DNA from: Longimicrobiales bacterium
GTDB lineage: Bacteria; Gemmatimonadota; Gemmatimonadetes; Longimicrobiales; Gaopeijiaceae
Assembly (NCBI GenBank): GCA_965198065.1
Contig: CBDAON010000004.1
Span: 1,408,001 to 1,472,000, forward strand
DNA length: 64,000 nucleotides
Direction: 5' to 3'
Shown one piece after another: positions 9,348 to 18,850 of this stretch. A model generated the notes under the pieces. The model was not told the DNA's origin and did not search any database. It saw only the letters and a list, made by a program, of their open reading frames with translations. The first letter of the stretch is position 1. Each line of letters starts with the position of its first letter. The position numbers were made by a program, and so were the translations under genes.

Positions 9348-11126
9348 ATGATGGTCACCGGTTGGGTTCTTTACGCCTTGGCGGTCAGCCTCCTGGTCAC
9401 GGGCGCCGCCTGGTTCCTGGAGCGAGGGCTGGCGCGTGCTCGCCTCCCCACTCGCTGGATGTGGGGTGCGGCTCTCTTCGTGTCGGTAGCGATTCCCCTT
9501 GCGGCATTCCTTCCGGGCCGGGGCGTGGACCAGGGCGTGCCAGGAATCTCCGCCGTCGGTACGTCGGGTGGAAGCGGAGTCGCGACCCCCGCGCCGAGGC
9601 AAACGGGAATCGTGGGTCGCGTGCTCGTCGAGTGGCCGGTCGGCACCACTCGCACGGCCGCCCGCTGGGTGAGCCGCGTGCTGGACCGCGGAGCGGGGGC
9701 GATCCCCGCCGGCCCGGCGGTGGAGCGCTGGACCATCGGCGTCTGGCTGTCGGGCTCCGGCTTCCTCGCGGTCTTCCTCCTCGTGGCCACGGGTCGGATG
9801 TCCGCGCGGAAGCGGCGGTGGCCCCGCTGGGAACTACGAAACCGGCAGGTCCGTGTGGCTCCGGAGATGGGCCCGGCCGTGGTGGGCGTGCTCCGTCCGG
9901 AGATCGTCATCCCGACCTGGGCCGTCACCCTCCCGCCCAAGGACCTCGAGCTGATCCTGGCCCACGAGGAGGAACACCTGAGGGCCCGGGACCCGCTCCT
10001 CCTGGCGGCCTCCCTCGTCCCCCTCCTCGCCTGTCCCTGGAACCCGGCCGTGTGGTGGAAGCTTGGGAAGTTGAGGGAGGCCGTCGAGGTGGACTGCGAT
10101 CGCCGGGTGCTGCGCCGCGGCGCCACGCCCAGCAGCTACGGGCAGCTCCTGGTTCGCGTGGGAAATCGCGGGCATGCGCGGGTGTGTCCGTCACCGGCCA
10201 TCTCGGGCTCGCGCCCGCTGCTCCTCAAGCGCCTCGAAGCGATGAGACGCCGTCCGGCGCGTGCGCGGATTCCGGTGGCGCTCGCCGCGGGCGCCGGTTC
10301 CCTTGCGCTGGTCGTGGTCGCGCTTCAGGCGGACACCCCGATGCCCATTCGATCCGCGGAGCCCGTGGTGGCGGCCCAAACGGTGGGGCCGATGGTTCCG
10401 GCTTGGTCGCTGGTCACGGAGGCGCCGGCCGACGAGCCGGGCGTGCTCTCCGCGAACGTGGGACCGGAGCAACCGGAAACGGCATCCGTGGTGGAATCGG
10501 TCGCCGATCCGGCGGAGGAGCCGGGCGAAGAGGCGCCGACCGAGCCACCGTCGGTTGACGAGGCACCGATCGAGCCCACGGGCGACGAGGACGTAACGAC
10601 GTTCGCCTTGGACCAGCCTGCCGTGGAGCCCGAGGCTTCGGACCTCGAGGGCCTTCGGGCTCGGATCATGGACGAGGCCGCGGAGCTCGGCCTACCGAGC
10701 GTATCCCCTCCTCCGCAACGGGAAGTCGCCCCCGACGACCCGCCGGCACCCGAGGTAACGGAGGCGTACGACACGTACCCTGAGCCCCCGGCCGAGGCCC
10801 AGCCCCTCTACACGTCCTACTCGGTCCCCACCTCCTTTGAGGCACCGCCGGACGTGCGGAACCGCACCGAGGTTCAGCGGGCGCTGTCACTCGAGTACCC
10901 TTCGCTACTACGCGACGCGCGGGTCGGCGGCACGGTGCTGATCCGCTTCCACGTCGACGAGCGAGGATTCGTGTCGGAGACCCTCGTAGAGAGGAGCTCC
11001 GGGTACGCCCAGCTGGACGTCGCCGCGCTCCGTGTCGCTCAACGGTTCGAGTTCACGCCCGTCGTGAGCGGAGAGGAGGCGGTTCCCGCCTGGCTCCTGG
11101 TGCCCATCACGTTCCAGGCGGAGTAA
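9348..11126 (+). CDS. BlaR1/M56 peptidase fused to a C-terminal TonB domain
   Basis: GPAVVGVLRP, HEEEH, PWNP, E.DCD; acidic Pro-rich linker; YP..RDARVGGTV..F.VDERG, SSG..LD.AA. Confidence 0.92.
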   Translation: MMVTGWVLYALAVSLLVTGAAWFLERGLARARLPTRWMWGAALFVSVAIPLAAFLPGRGVDQGVPGISAVGTSGGSGVATPAPRQTGIVGRVLVEWPVGTTRTAARWVSRVLDRGAGAIPAGPAVERWTIGVWLSGSGFLAVFLLVATGRMSARKRRWPRWELRNRQVRVAPEMGPAVVGVLRPEIVIPTWAVTLPPKDLELILAHEEEHLRARDPLLLAASLVPLLACPWNPAVWWKLGKLREAVEVDCDRRVLRRGATPSSYGQLLVRVGNRGHARVCPSPAISGSRPLLLKRLEAMRRRPARARIPVALAAGAGSLALVVVALQADTPMPIRSAEPVVAAQTVGPMVPAWSLVTEAPADEPGVLSANVGPEQPETASVVESVADPAEEPGEEAPTEPPSVDEAPIEPTGDEDVTTFALDQPAVEPEASDLEGLRARIMDEAAELGLPSVSPPPQREVAPDDPPAPEVTEAYDTYPEPPAEAQPLYTSYSVPTSFEAPPDVRNRTEVQRALSLEYPSLLRDARVGGTVLIRFHVDERGFVSETLVERSSGYAQLDVAALRVAQRFEFTPVVSGEEAVPAWLLVPITFQAE

Positions 11127-11221
11127 CGCGCCGCCGGTCTCTCCGTCGACAGGGCGACGTGGGCCGCCCTGCCCCCCGGTGATGCCTCACGAAGGACCGG
11201 CTGCCGAGGGGTGATGCCCTC

Positions 11222-11249
11222 TTGTTCTTCCTCTGCGGCGTGCTAGGTT
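11222..11249 (+). promoter_or_regulatory. Putative sigma70 promoter with extended -10
   Basis: TTGTTC-N16-TAGGTT with TG at 11241-42; the predicted start ~11256 coincides with a hairpin. Confidence 0.55.
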
Positions 11250-11255
11250 CGGGCC

Positions 11256-11548
11256 GTCCCCTTCGGGGGACTGGGCCGGGGCATGTCGGACCCAGGTGTC
11301 CGGGCGCGCCGGACCGCGGGGCACAGACCCCGCCGGAGCCGAGCCCGATGAAGACCCCGAAAAAGGAGGTGATCCTTGTCTAGCCCCAGTAGTCCATCCA
11401 GCCTGGCACGGGCAAGCGGTCGCCGTTTCGGCCTGTAGTCAGCCGAAAGATCGCTCGCTGTTCAAGCCGAACGCGCTGACTGCGCTGGGCTGGACGGCGT
11501 TACGGGAGGGGTCGCCGACGTAGCACGTCGGCGGCCCCTGCCCTTTCT
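11256..11548 (+). ncRNA. Candidate stand-alone structured RNA with a 14-nt anti-16S element
   Basis: GTCCCC-TTCG-GGGGAC 5' hairpin, nested stems, AAAGGAGGTGATCC at 11362-75, complementary loops, 3' terminator; no credible long ORF. Confidence 0.65.
11504..11548 (+). terminator. Intrinsic terminator-like hairpin
   Basis: AGGGGTCGCCGACGT-AGC-ACGTCGGCGGCCCCT followed by GCCCTTTCT. Confidence 0.7.
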
Positions 11549-11588
11549 CGGGTGTCGGACGAAGGCGTCGAGCCAGACCAAGGCGCCG

Positions 11589-12170
11589 TCAGGCGGAGAA
11601 GTAGTCCGGCTCGTTTCCCGGCTTCCACTTGATATTGCAACCCAGGCCCGGCACCTGGTCCTCCGGGATCGGCCGGCCCTCGAGGAGGGCGTCGACCGCC
11701 GCCCGCAGATCCTCTCCCGTCACGGAGATCTCGCTCCCCGGACGGCTGGGGTCGAACTGGCCCCGGTACACCACTCTCCTGTCCCCGTCCAGGAGGAAGA
11801 AGTCCGGCGTGCACGCGGCCCGGTACGCTCTGGCTACCTCCTGGCTCTCGTCCACGAGGTACGGAAACGTGTAATCGGCCTCCTCCGCCTCCTGCATCAT
11901 CCCCTCCGGGCTATCATCGGGGTACTGCTGAGCATCATTCGAGTTGATGGCCACGATCGCGAGGCCGCGGGCCTGGTATTCCCGGGCGAACTCGGCGACG
12001 CCGCTTCGCACGTGCTTCACGAACGGGCAGTGGGGACAGAGGAACATCACGAGGAGCCCCGGCGCCTCCCGAGAGTCGGCCATGGACACCACGCGACCGT
12101 GAGGGTCGGGGAGCGAGAACGTGGGTCCGTGGGTCCCGAGCGGAAGCATGGTCGAGGTGACGCGAGTCAT
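11589..12170 (-). CDS. Thioredoxin-family (AhpC/TSA-like) protein
   Basis: CPHCPFV, INSND, ACTPDFF, YRGQFD, GCNIKW. Confidence 0.9.
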   Translation of the reverse strand: MTRVTSTMLPLGTHGPTFSLPDPHGRVVSMADSREAPGLLVMFLCPHCPFVKHVRSGVAEFAREYQARGLAIVAINSNDAQQYPDDSPEGMMQEAEEADYTFPYLVDESQEVARAYRAACTPDFFLLDGDRRVVYRGQFDPSRPGSEISVTGEDLRAAVDALLEGRPIPEDQVPGLGCNIKWKPGNEPDYFSA

Positions 12171-12212
12171 AGCCAGCTCCTGCGTTCGGATGAGCGCGCG
12201 GGTAGACGCCGT

Positions 12213-12608
12213 TCAGCGGGGGGGGATGATCCGTTCGATGGTGCTCAGGAAGTCTTCCAACAAAAACGGCTTCGGGAATGTGGCCGACGCCCCGAGCATG
12301 CGCGCGTCCGCCAGCGGCCTCGCGTCCTCTCCGCCGCCAGCACCCGAGACGGCAACGATCGCCAGGTCGGGGAAGCGCTCCCTGAGCTCCATGATCGTTT
12401 CGATCCCCTCCTTCTCCGGCATCAACAGATCCGTCACCACGATGTCGGGTTGGGTCGTCTCGATCAACGGGAGGCCCACCGATCCGTCTTCAGCCTCGAC
12501 GACGGAGTGCCCGGCCCGCTCCAGCACCTTCCGCATCACGCCCCGGAGCGCGCCGTCGTCGTCGATCACCAAGATTGTCGCCACGCCGCCACTCGTTGTC
12601 TGCCTCAC
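12213..12608 (-). CDS. Single-domain response regulator
   Basis: ILVIDDD, TDLLMP (phospho-Asp), KPF. Confidence 0.9.
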   Translation of the reverse strand: MRQTTSGGVATILVIDDDGALRGVMRKVLERAGHSVVEAEDGSVGLPLIETTQPDIVVTDLLMPEKEGIETIMELRERFPDLAIVAVSGAGGGEDARPLADARMLGASATFPKPFLLEDFLSTIERIIPPR

Positions 12609-12659
12609 GGTCCGCCTAGGCTCGGCTTTGCCCCAGAGCCCGGAGCCGGACGTGGGTCG

Positions 12660-13142
12660 CTAGTCCACGAGTCCCAGCTGTTGCGGGAGGGTGACCAGCG
12701 CCTTGACTTGGTAGCGCCGCTCCCCGCGCGGAAGCCGGATCGTGACCGTTTCCCCCGGCCGGGACCCGATCAGGCTCTGCCCGATGGGCGACGCCAGCGA
12801 GACCTGGCCACCATCCAGGTCCATGTAATCTCCCGCCACGAGCGTGACCGTCATCTCCTCCCTCACCTCCAGCTCGAGGAGCGTGACGCGGGAGCCGAAC
12901 CCGGCGCGGTCGGCCGGCATGGCCTTCACGTCGATGCGAGAAAGCTCTGACAGCCGTCTCGACAGGTGCCCGATACGTGCCTCGACGAACTCCTTCCGCT
13001 CGATCGCGGATTTGTGCTCCGAGTTCTCGCGGAGGTCGCCCAGCTCGAGCGCCTTGCCGATGGCCTCCGGCAGGATCACGCGCAATTCGTGCGTGAGGCT
13101 CTCGACCTCGGCCTCGATCCGCGCCTTGATCTCGTCCAGCAT
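12660..13142 (-). CDS. greA: GreA/GreB-family transcription elongation factor
   Basis: GDLRENSE, FGSRV, SLASPIGQSLIG. Confidence 0.88.
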   Translation of the reverse strand: MLDEIKARIEAEVESLTHELRVILPEAIGKALELGDLRENSEHKSAIERKEFVEARIGHLSRRLSELSRIDVKAMPADRAGFGSRVTLLELEVREEMTVTLVAGDYMDLDGGQVSLASPIGQSLIGSRPGETVTIRLPRGERRYQVKALVTLPQQLGLVD

Positions 13143-13243
13143 TCGGGATCCGTCGTCTGCGATCTCAAGAAGTGGTGGAAGCTCTACGGCAAGTCACCAA
13201 CCTACAACCCACTCGTTTCCGGCGGGAGAGGCCGCGCCCGAGG

Positions 13244-13272
13244 TTGAGTCCGGACTGTCCCGATGGTACCCT
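13244..13272 (+). promoter_or_regulatory. Putative promoter of the Fur-family gene
   Basis: TTGAGT-N17-TACCCT with extended TG. Confidence 0.45.
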
Positions 13273-13330
13273 ACGAATGAGACTCCCGAAGAACATCGTG
13301 CGCTCCCGATCTGTTCCCTCACGGGCCCCG

Positions 13331-13702
13331 ATGCAGAGAGACACTCGCCAGCGTCGCGCGATTAGGAGAACGCTCGAGGAGGTCGGGCACCCCTTGAGCC
13401 CCCGTGAGCTTTTCGAAGCCGCGCGGGAGCACGTCGAGGGACTCGGTATCGCGACGGTGTACCGGAACCTGAAGTCGCTCCAGGACGAGGGATCCGTCAC
13501 CCCTGTGGAGCTTCCCGGCGAGCCGCCACGATACGAGTTGGCGGGCAAGCGTCATCATCATCACTTCCACTGTCGGAGCTGCGATCGCGTGCTCGAGGTG
13601 GAGGGATGCATCCCGGAGCTCGGAGCCTCCGCTCCCGAAGGCTTCGAGTTGGAGAATCACGAGGTGGTGCTCTACGGCCTCTGCGACGCCTGCGCGGCCT
13701 GA
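13331..13702 (+). CDS. Fur-family transcriptional regulator
   Basis: TRQRRAI, IATVYRNL, HHHHFHCRSC, YGLCDAC. Confidence 0.93.
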   Translation: MQRDTRQRRAIRRTLEEVGHPLSPRELFEAAREHVEGLGIATVYRNLKSLQDEGSVTPVELPGEPPRYELAGKRHHHHFHCRSCDRVLEVEGCIPELGASAPEGFELENHEVVLYGLCDACAA

Positions 13703-13821
13703 GTCGGCCTTCCCCATCTCAGCTTCGCGACCGACTGACCGCCGCACTGACCTCATCTCGCTAGCCCCAGCGAGTTCGCCGACGGCCGGAGTCCGGGCCA
13801 ACCTCTGCGCCGGACCCCCGC

Positions 13822-14322
13822 TCACGACGGCCCGACGGACGGGTCGGAATTGCGGAGTACGGACTCGGCCTGGTCCTTCCTGTACTGGCGGAGCCTCTCG
13901 CGGAGCCCCGAGTCGCCGGTGGCCAGGATCGCCGCGGCCAGGAGGGCGGCATTGATCGCACCCGCCCGTCCAATCGCGAGGGTCCCCACCGGAACGCCTC
14001 CGGGCATCTGGACGATGGAGAGGAGGGAGTCCAGCCCCTGAAGCGCGCGCGACTGGACCGGGACGCCAAGGACGGGGATCAGGGTCTTGCTGGCCGTCAC
14101 GCCGGCCAGGTGCGCGGCGCCTCCGGCGCCGGCGATGATCACCTTGAGCCCCCGCTCCTCGGCGGAGGAAGCGTACTGAAAGAGGACGTCCGGTGTCCGA
14201 TGTGCCGAGACCACCTTCACCTCGTGCGGCACCGCGAGCGCCTCGAGGGTCTCAGCGGCGTGGGACATCGTCTCCCAGTCCGAGCGGGAGCCCATGATCA
14301 CGCCCACCAGGGGTGAAGGCAT
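13822..14322 (-). CDS. purE: N5-CAIR mutase
   Basis: [32 protein letters not shown]. Confidence 0.97.
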   Translation of the reverse strand: MPSPLVGVIMGSRSDWETMSHAAETLEALAVPHEVKVVSAHRTPDVLFQYASSAEERGLKVIIAGAGGAAHLAGVTASKTLIPVLGVPVQSRALQGLDSLLSIVQMPGGVPVGTLAIGRAGAINAALLAAAILATGDSGLRERLRQYRKDQAESVLRNSDPSVGPS

Positions 14323-14528
14323 ACGCTGGTCGGTTCGCGGGTTGACGGTGCGACCCTCCGGCTCTCGGAGCCCTGCATGGTGCGAGGCCGGCTCGGCGGG
14401 GTCAAGGCCGGTGGGGCGAGAAACCTTCCCTTCCCTAGCCGGTAATCCCTCGATCCACGCGCGGTCCGGAAGCCTCCAGGACCGTCTCCGTTTCAGCCAC
14501 TGACCCGGCCACGCAGGAGCGCCTCGCC

Positions 14529-16907
14529 GTGAGCTCGACCCCCACCCCCTCCGGCCAGGCGGGGCCCCGGTCTGTCGAACGAGTGAGCCCGCTGCCCTGG
14601 CCCGCGGGCGACGCGCGTCTTATGCCCTTCCTCCCCCTCGTCTACGTCGCGTGGTCCGACGGAATCCTCTCGGCGCGCGAGCTAGACCGTGTCCGGGAGG
14701 AGCTCGGAACCGTAGAAGACCTCGATCCCAAGCGGCGGGATGTCCTGGAGAGCTGGCTCCAGGCCGAGTCGCCGCCGTCGCCCGTGGCGCTCGCGGAGCT
14801 CCGGGAAGTGATCCGCGGCCTCGCCCCCATGATCTCGCCCGACGAGCGGCGGTCCCTCACCTCCCTCGGCGTGGGCATGGCGCGGGTCAAGGAAGGGGGG
14901 AGTGGAGAGTGGGGGACAGCCCGCGGGATGAAGGCCCTCGAGGGGATCGAGGAGCTTCTCGGCATCCTTGGAGCGGAGGCCGCACGGGAGCTCACGGCCC
15001 CGGACGAGGGCGCCGCGGGTCCCGCGCCGGAGGCGAGGGCCCCCGCTCTCCCGGAGGCACGACTCAGGTCCCTTCTCCAGGAACCCCATCCGGAGCTCCG
15101 GCAGCGCGTCATGGGCCTCCTCCGTGATCCCGAGGTGCGGGTCCCCGATGGCCTGCCGACACCGGAGGCGAGAGAGCGGGTCCTCCACGCGGTGCGGCGG
15201 CTCGCCCGCGAGGGCCTGGGCGGCATCGCCTACCCCGTAGAGGTCGGCGGAGGCGGGGACGTTCTCGGGTCACTGGTGGTGTTCGAGACCCTCGGCTTCG
15301 GGAACCTGTCGGTCCTAATCAAGTACGGCGTCCAGTTCGGTCTCTTCGGCGGAAGCGTGGCCCAGCTCGGAACGGAGGCCCACCACCGGAAGTACCTTAG
15401 CCGCATCGCGTCCCTCGAGATCCCGGGGATTTACGCGATGACCGAGCGGAACCACGGCTCGAACGTCTGGGACCTCGAGACCCTGGCCCGATACCTGCCA
15501 GACGCGGACGAGTTCGAGATCTCGACGCCCCACCCGGATGCCAGGAAGGACTGGCTTGGGAACGCCGCGCTGCACGGACGGATGGCGACGGTGTTCGCGC
15601 AGCTGGAGGTCGGTGGGGAGAGACACGGGGTCCACGCCTTCCTCGTCCCGGTGCGAGATGAAGAGGGGCACCCGCTCCCAGGTATCGGGATCGAGGACTG
15701 CGGTGAGAAGGTCGGGCTCCACGGGGTGGACAACGGCCGTCTCGAGCTCCGCGCGGTCCGGATCCCGCGCGAAAACCTGCTCGATCGCTTCGGCAAGGTT
15801 ACGGCCGACGGAAGCTACCGGAGCCCCATCGCTTCACCGGGGCGCCGCTTCTTCACTATGCTCGGAACGCTCGTGGCGGGGCGGATCTCGATTGCCCTAG
15901 GTTCGCTTTCCGCCGCAAAGACAGGGCTCGCGATCGCGATTCGCTACGGCGACCGCCGCCGGCAGTTCGGGCCGTCCGGCGAGCCCGAGGTGCCGATCCT
16001 CGACTATCTGGCGCAGCAGCGGGCCCTCTTCCCTGCCCTCGCCACGACATACGGGCTCCACTTCGCGGTTCGCGACCTGGCCCAAAGCTATGCCGACGGA
16101 GGAACCGACGAGGAGCGCGCGAGCGTCGAGTTGCTCGCAGCGGCGCTCAAGGCCCTCGCCTCGAGGAACGCGCTCGAGACCCTGCAGACGTGTCGGGAGG
16201 CGATGGGCGGTCGCGGCTACCTAGCGGCGAATCGGATCGGCTACCTCCGGGAGGACATCGACATCTTCACGACCTTCGAGGGCGCGAACGTGGTCCTCCT
16301 CCAGCTCGTCGCAAAGGGCCTCCTCACGGAATACCGGAACGAACTCGGCGATCTCCGATTGTTGGGCATCGTGAAGCACTTGGGGGAGCTGGCCGGAGAG
16401 GAGGCTCAGCGAAGGAACCCCGTGAGAAGCCGCCGCACCGGGGAGGACTTCCTCCGTGATCCCGAGACTCAGATGGACGCCTTCACGTTCAGGGAATCGC
16501 GACTGCGACACACGGTGGCGTGGCGCCTGAAGAGTCGAATTGACGAGGGAACGGACTCCTTCCGGGCCATGAACGAGTGCCAGGATCACCTGCTCGCCCT
16601 CGCCGGCGCCCACGGGGAGCGAATCGTCCTCGAGCGATTCCGAGCGGCGGTGGACCGGGCGAAGGCCTCCGAGGAGGCGCCGATTGCCGACATCCTCTCG
16701 CTCCTGGCCGATCTCTACGCGCTGAGCCGGCTGGAGCGGGACCGTGCCTGGTTCCAGGAGAGCGGCTATATGGAGGGCGGCCAGGGAAAAGCGATCCGGG
16801 GCCTCGTGAACGCACTCTGCGCCGACCTGAGGCCGTTCGCCGTCCAGCTCGTGGATGCGTTCGGGATCCCCGACGAGATCCTGGCTGCCCCGGACGCTAT
16901 CACGTAG
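14529..16907 (+). CDS. Acyl-CoA oxidase/dehydrogenase with an extra N-terminal helical (TerB-like) domain
   Basis: AMTE..HGSN, GVDNG, RRQFG, CREAMGG.GY, TFEGAN; N-terminal YVAWSDG.LS..E. Confidence 0.88.
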   Translation: MSSTPTPSGQAGPRSVERVSPLPWPAGDARLMPFLPLVYVAWSDGILSARELDRVREELGTVEDLDPKRRDVLESWLQAESPPSPVALAELREVIRGLAPMISPDERRSLTSLGVGMARVKEGGSGEWGTARGMKALEGIEELLGILGAEAARELTAPDEGAAGPAPEARAPALPEARLRSLLQEPHPELRQRVMGLLRDPEVRVPDGLPTPEARERVLHAVRRLAREGLGGIAYPVEVGGGGDVLGSLVVFETLGFGNLSVLIKYGVQFGLFGGSVAQLGTEAHHRKYLSRIASLEIPGIYAMTERNHGSNVWDLETLARYLPDADEFEISTPHPDARKDWLGNAALHGRMATVFAQLEVGGERHGVHAFLVPVRDEEGHPLPGIGIEDCGEKVGLHGVDNGRLELRAVRIPRENLLDRFGKVTADGSYRSPIASPGRRFFTMLGTLVAGRISIALGSLSAAKTGLAIAIRYGDRRRQFGPSGEPEVPILDYLAQQRALFPALATTYGLHFAVRDLAQSYADGGTDEERASVELLAAALKALASRNALETLQTCREAMGGRGYLAANRIGYLREDIDIFTTFEGANVVLLQLVAKGLLTEYRNELGDLRLLGIVKHLGELAGEEAQRRNPVRSRRTGEDFLRDPETQMDAFTFRESRLRHTVAWRLKSRIDEGTDSFRAMNECQDHLLALAGAHGERIVLERFRAAVDRAKASEEAPIADILSLLADLYALSRLERDRAWFQESGYMEGGQGKAIRGLVNALCADLRPFAVQLVDAFGIPDEILAAPDAIT

Positions 16908-16928
16908 CCACGCCCTTCAGCTCCGCCC

Positions 16929-17480
16929 TTAGTTCCGCCCTTCGCGGGAGTAGACGGCGGTCACTCCCTCCGACGTGAACGTGAGGACGTCGTACGGATC
17001 CCTGAGCCCCCCCATCTCCATCCCCGGTGATCCAACCGGCATGCCCGGAGCCGTGAGCCCCCTGACGGCGGGAGCTTCAGCCAGGAACTGCCGGACGACC
17101 TCGCCGGGGACGTGTCCCTCGACCACGTAGCCATTCACGAGCGCCGTGTGGCACGAGGCGATCTCGGGGCGGACGCCGAGCTCTTGCTTGACGGCAACCA
17201 TGTCGGCCCGGTACTCACGCGTTACCTCGAACCCCTGCGCGGTCATGTGCTCGACCCAGGCGCTGCAGCACCCGCAGGCCGGGTCCAGATAGACCGTCAC
17301 TGGAATGGGCTCCCCTTCTGCGAGCGGCACGGGAGTGCGAGCGACGTCCGCGGGAGCTTCCCCCGGGGGCGGGAACGCCGACTCCGCAGCTTCGCCGCCG
17401 ATTCCGACCCACAGGCCGGTCGTGATCGCCACGGCCAGGGTCAGGACTCCGCTCAGAACCAGGAGGGAACGTTTGCGCAT
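16929..17480 (-). CDS. DUF411 metal-binding protein
   Basis: CGCC..W, SCHTA, EGHVP, PGMPVGSPGME; N-terminal TM/signal. Confidence 0.9.
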   Translation of the reverse strand: MRKRSLLVLSGVLTLAVAITTGLWVGIGGEAAESAFPPPGEAPADVARTPVPLAEGEPIPVTVYLDPACGCCSAWVEHMTAQGFEVTREYRADMVAVKQELGVRPEIASCHTALVNGYVVEGHVPGEVVRQFLAEAPAVRGLTAPGMPVGSPGMEMGGLRDPYDVLTFTSEGVTAVYSREGRN

Positions 17481-17766
17481 CGGATTCTCGGGGAGTGAGC
17501 TCGGGGGCCCCGGGCCGGGACCGGCGCGGGGGCCTCTCGGAATGTTGGGCGTGTCCGCTGGTACGAGCTCGGAGCCCGGAAGTTCCGTCAGCGGATCCCA
17601 CGGCGGCATGGGTGGGGCCGACCCTCCCAGGTTAGAAACGGATGTTTCGCTTTCCGTGGCGCTCGCATAGATTATGCTTTGCCGAGTGCCGAAACCGGGG
17701 GATTGGGCCCCGACAGTTCGGCCCAATACTGGAGATCCGATCGAAGACGCGCGAGGAGATGGGCTC

Positions 17767-18789
17767 ATGCTTCGTTCCTGCCTGAAAGCGGCATGCCTTC
17801 TGGCCCTCGTCATCGCCCCGGTGCGGCCGGGATGGGCGCAGCTACCGGTGCAAGACTGGACCCAGCGCCCGGACGCCCGGTCTCCGGCGGGGATCAGCGA
17901 CGACGGCCTCCTGGCCCCGCGAACCTTCGAGGTCGTCTACAGCGTTCGAACGACCAGCTACGAGGACATCCTGTTCGGAACGGACGCGGTTCCGCCCATT
18001 CTCATCCTTCTGGACTGGGACAACGTCCCCATCGGGATGACCCTCCAGCGCCACGAGATCGAGGTTAGAGCCGGCATCCTCGACTGGCTCGGCGCGTCGG
18101 TGCGGATCCCTCTCCAGCACACCTCGGTGGAGTTCGCGACCGACCAGGCCGTGGGGACCCCATCGTCGTTCGGAATGGGCGACATCGAACTTCGAGCGCT
18201 CTACAGCCTTCACGACATTTGGCCCTACCGGGCACACCTCATCGGGGGCGTCGTGATCCCCTCGGGCGTGGTGAACCACAAGGGGGAGCTACCGGGTCGG
18301 CCGGGGGTCGAGGTGACCCTGCCCTACACGATGCAGCCCAGCGACGGCACGTTCGCGCTGCTCCCGGGGGCCGTGCTCGTGGCGGAGAACGAGTCGGGCA
18401 CGGTCGGCCTCCACTGGGACGCCCGGATCCCGATCGGAGACAACGGCAGAAACTGGACGCGGGGCAATGAGTTCAGTACGAACGTCTGGATGGCGTATCG
18501 GTTCACGGATTGGGTGAGTGGCTCGTTGCGGCTGCACTACCGAAGCGTCGGGAACGTGGACGGCATCGACGTTCTCGTGAACCCGTTCGGCTCGCCCATG
18601 GGGCACCCCCTCCTACAGGGAGGGCAGCGACTCGACGTTCCGGTCGGCGTGAACATCCTCTTTCCAGAGGGCCCGCTTGCCGCCAACCGGATCTCGGCCG
18701 AGTTCGTGATTCCGATGCACCAGGATCTGGACGGTCCCCAGATTGCGGCGAACTACGGCCTGGCGTTCACCTGGGGCGTGATGTTCTGA
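17767..18789 (+). CDS. Putative outer-membrane beta-barrel transporter (MetA-pathway-like)
   Basis: SD GAGGAG, signal peptide, G.GD, LPY.MQ..DGT, C-terminal aromatic F. Confidence 0.6.
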   Translation: MLRSCLKAACLLALVIAPVRPGWAQLPVQDWTQRPDARSPAGISDDGLLAPRTFEVVYSVRTTSYEDILFGTDAVPPILILLDWDNVPIGMTLQRHEIEVRAGILDWLGASVRIPLQHTSVEFATDQAVGTPSSFGMGDIELRALYSLHDIWPYRAHLIGGVVIPSGVVNHKGELPGRPGVEVTLPYTMQPSDGTFALLPGAVLVAENESGTVGLHWDARIPIGDNGRNWTRGNEFSTNVWMAYRFTDWVSGSLRLHYRSVGNVDGIDVLVNPFGSPMGHPLLQGGQRLDVPVGVNILFPEGPLAANRISAEFVIPMHQDLDGPQIAANYGLAFTWGVMF

Positions 18790-18850
18790 GGCTTGCCGGG
18801 CGGGGTCGCTCCCGGCGTGACCGACCCGCTATCGGCCTGGAACCGATCTG

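Noticed and set aside
11362..11375. 16S rRNA gene fragment on the minus strand
   Set aside because: The match stops after 14 nt (rRNA would continue AGCCGCA) and the flanks are not rRNA-like
11296..11523. 75-aa ORF across the intergenic region
   Set aside because: No recognisable motifs or SD; it runs through stems into the terminator
11256..11548. tmRNA, RNase P, SRP, 6S or twister identity for the candidate RNA
   Set aside because: I see no tRNA-like ends/CCA, RNase P P4 motifs, SRP helix-8 loop, 6S rod or full twister core by eye; cmscan is still needed
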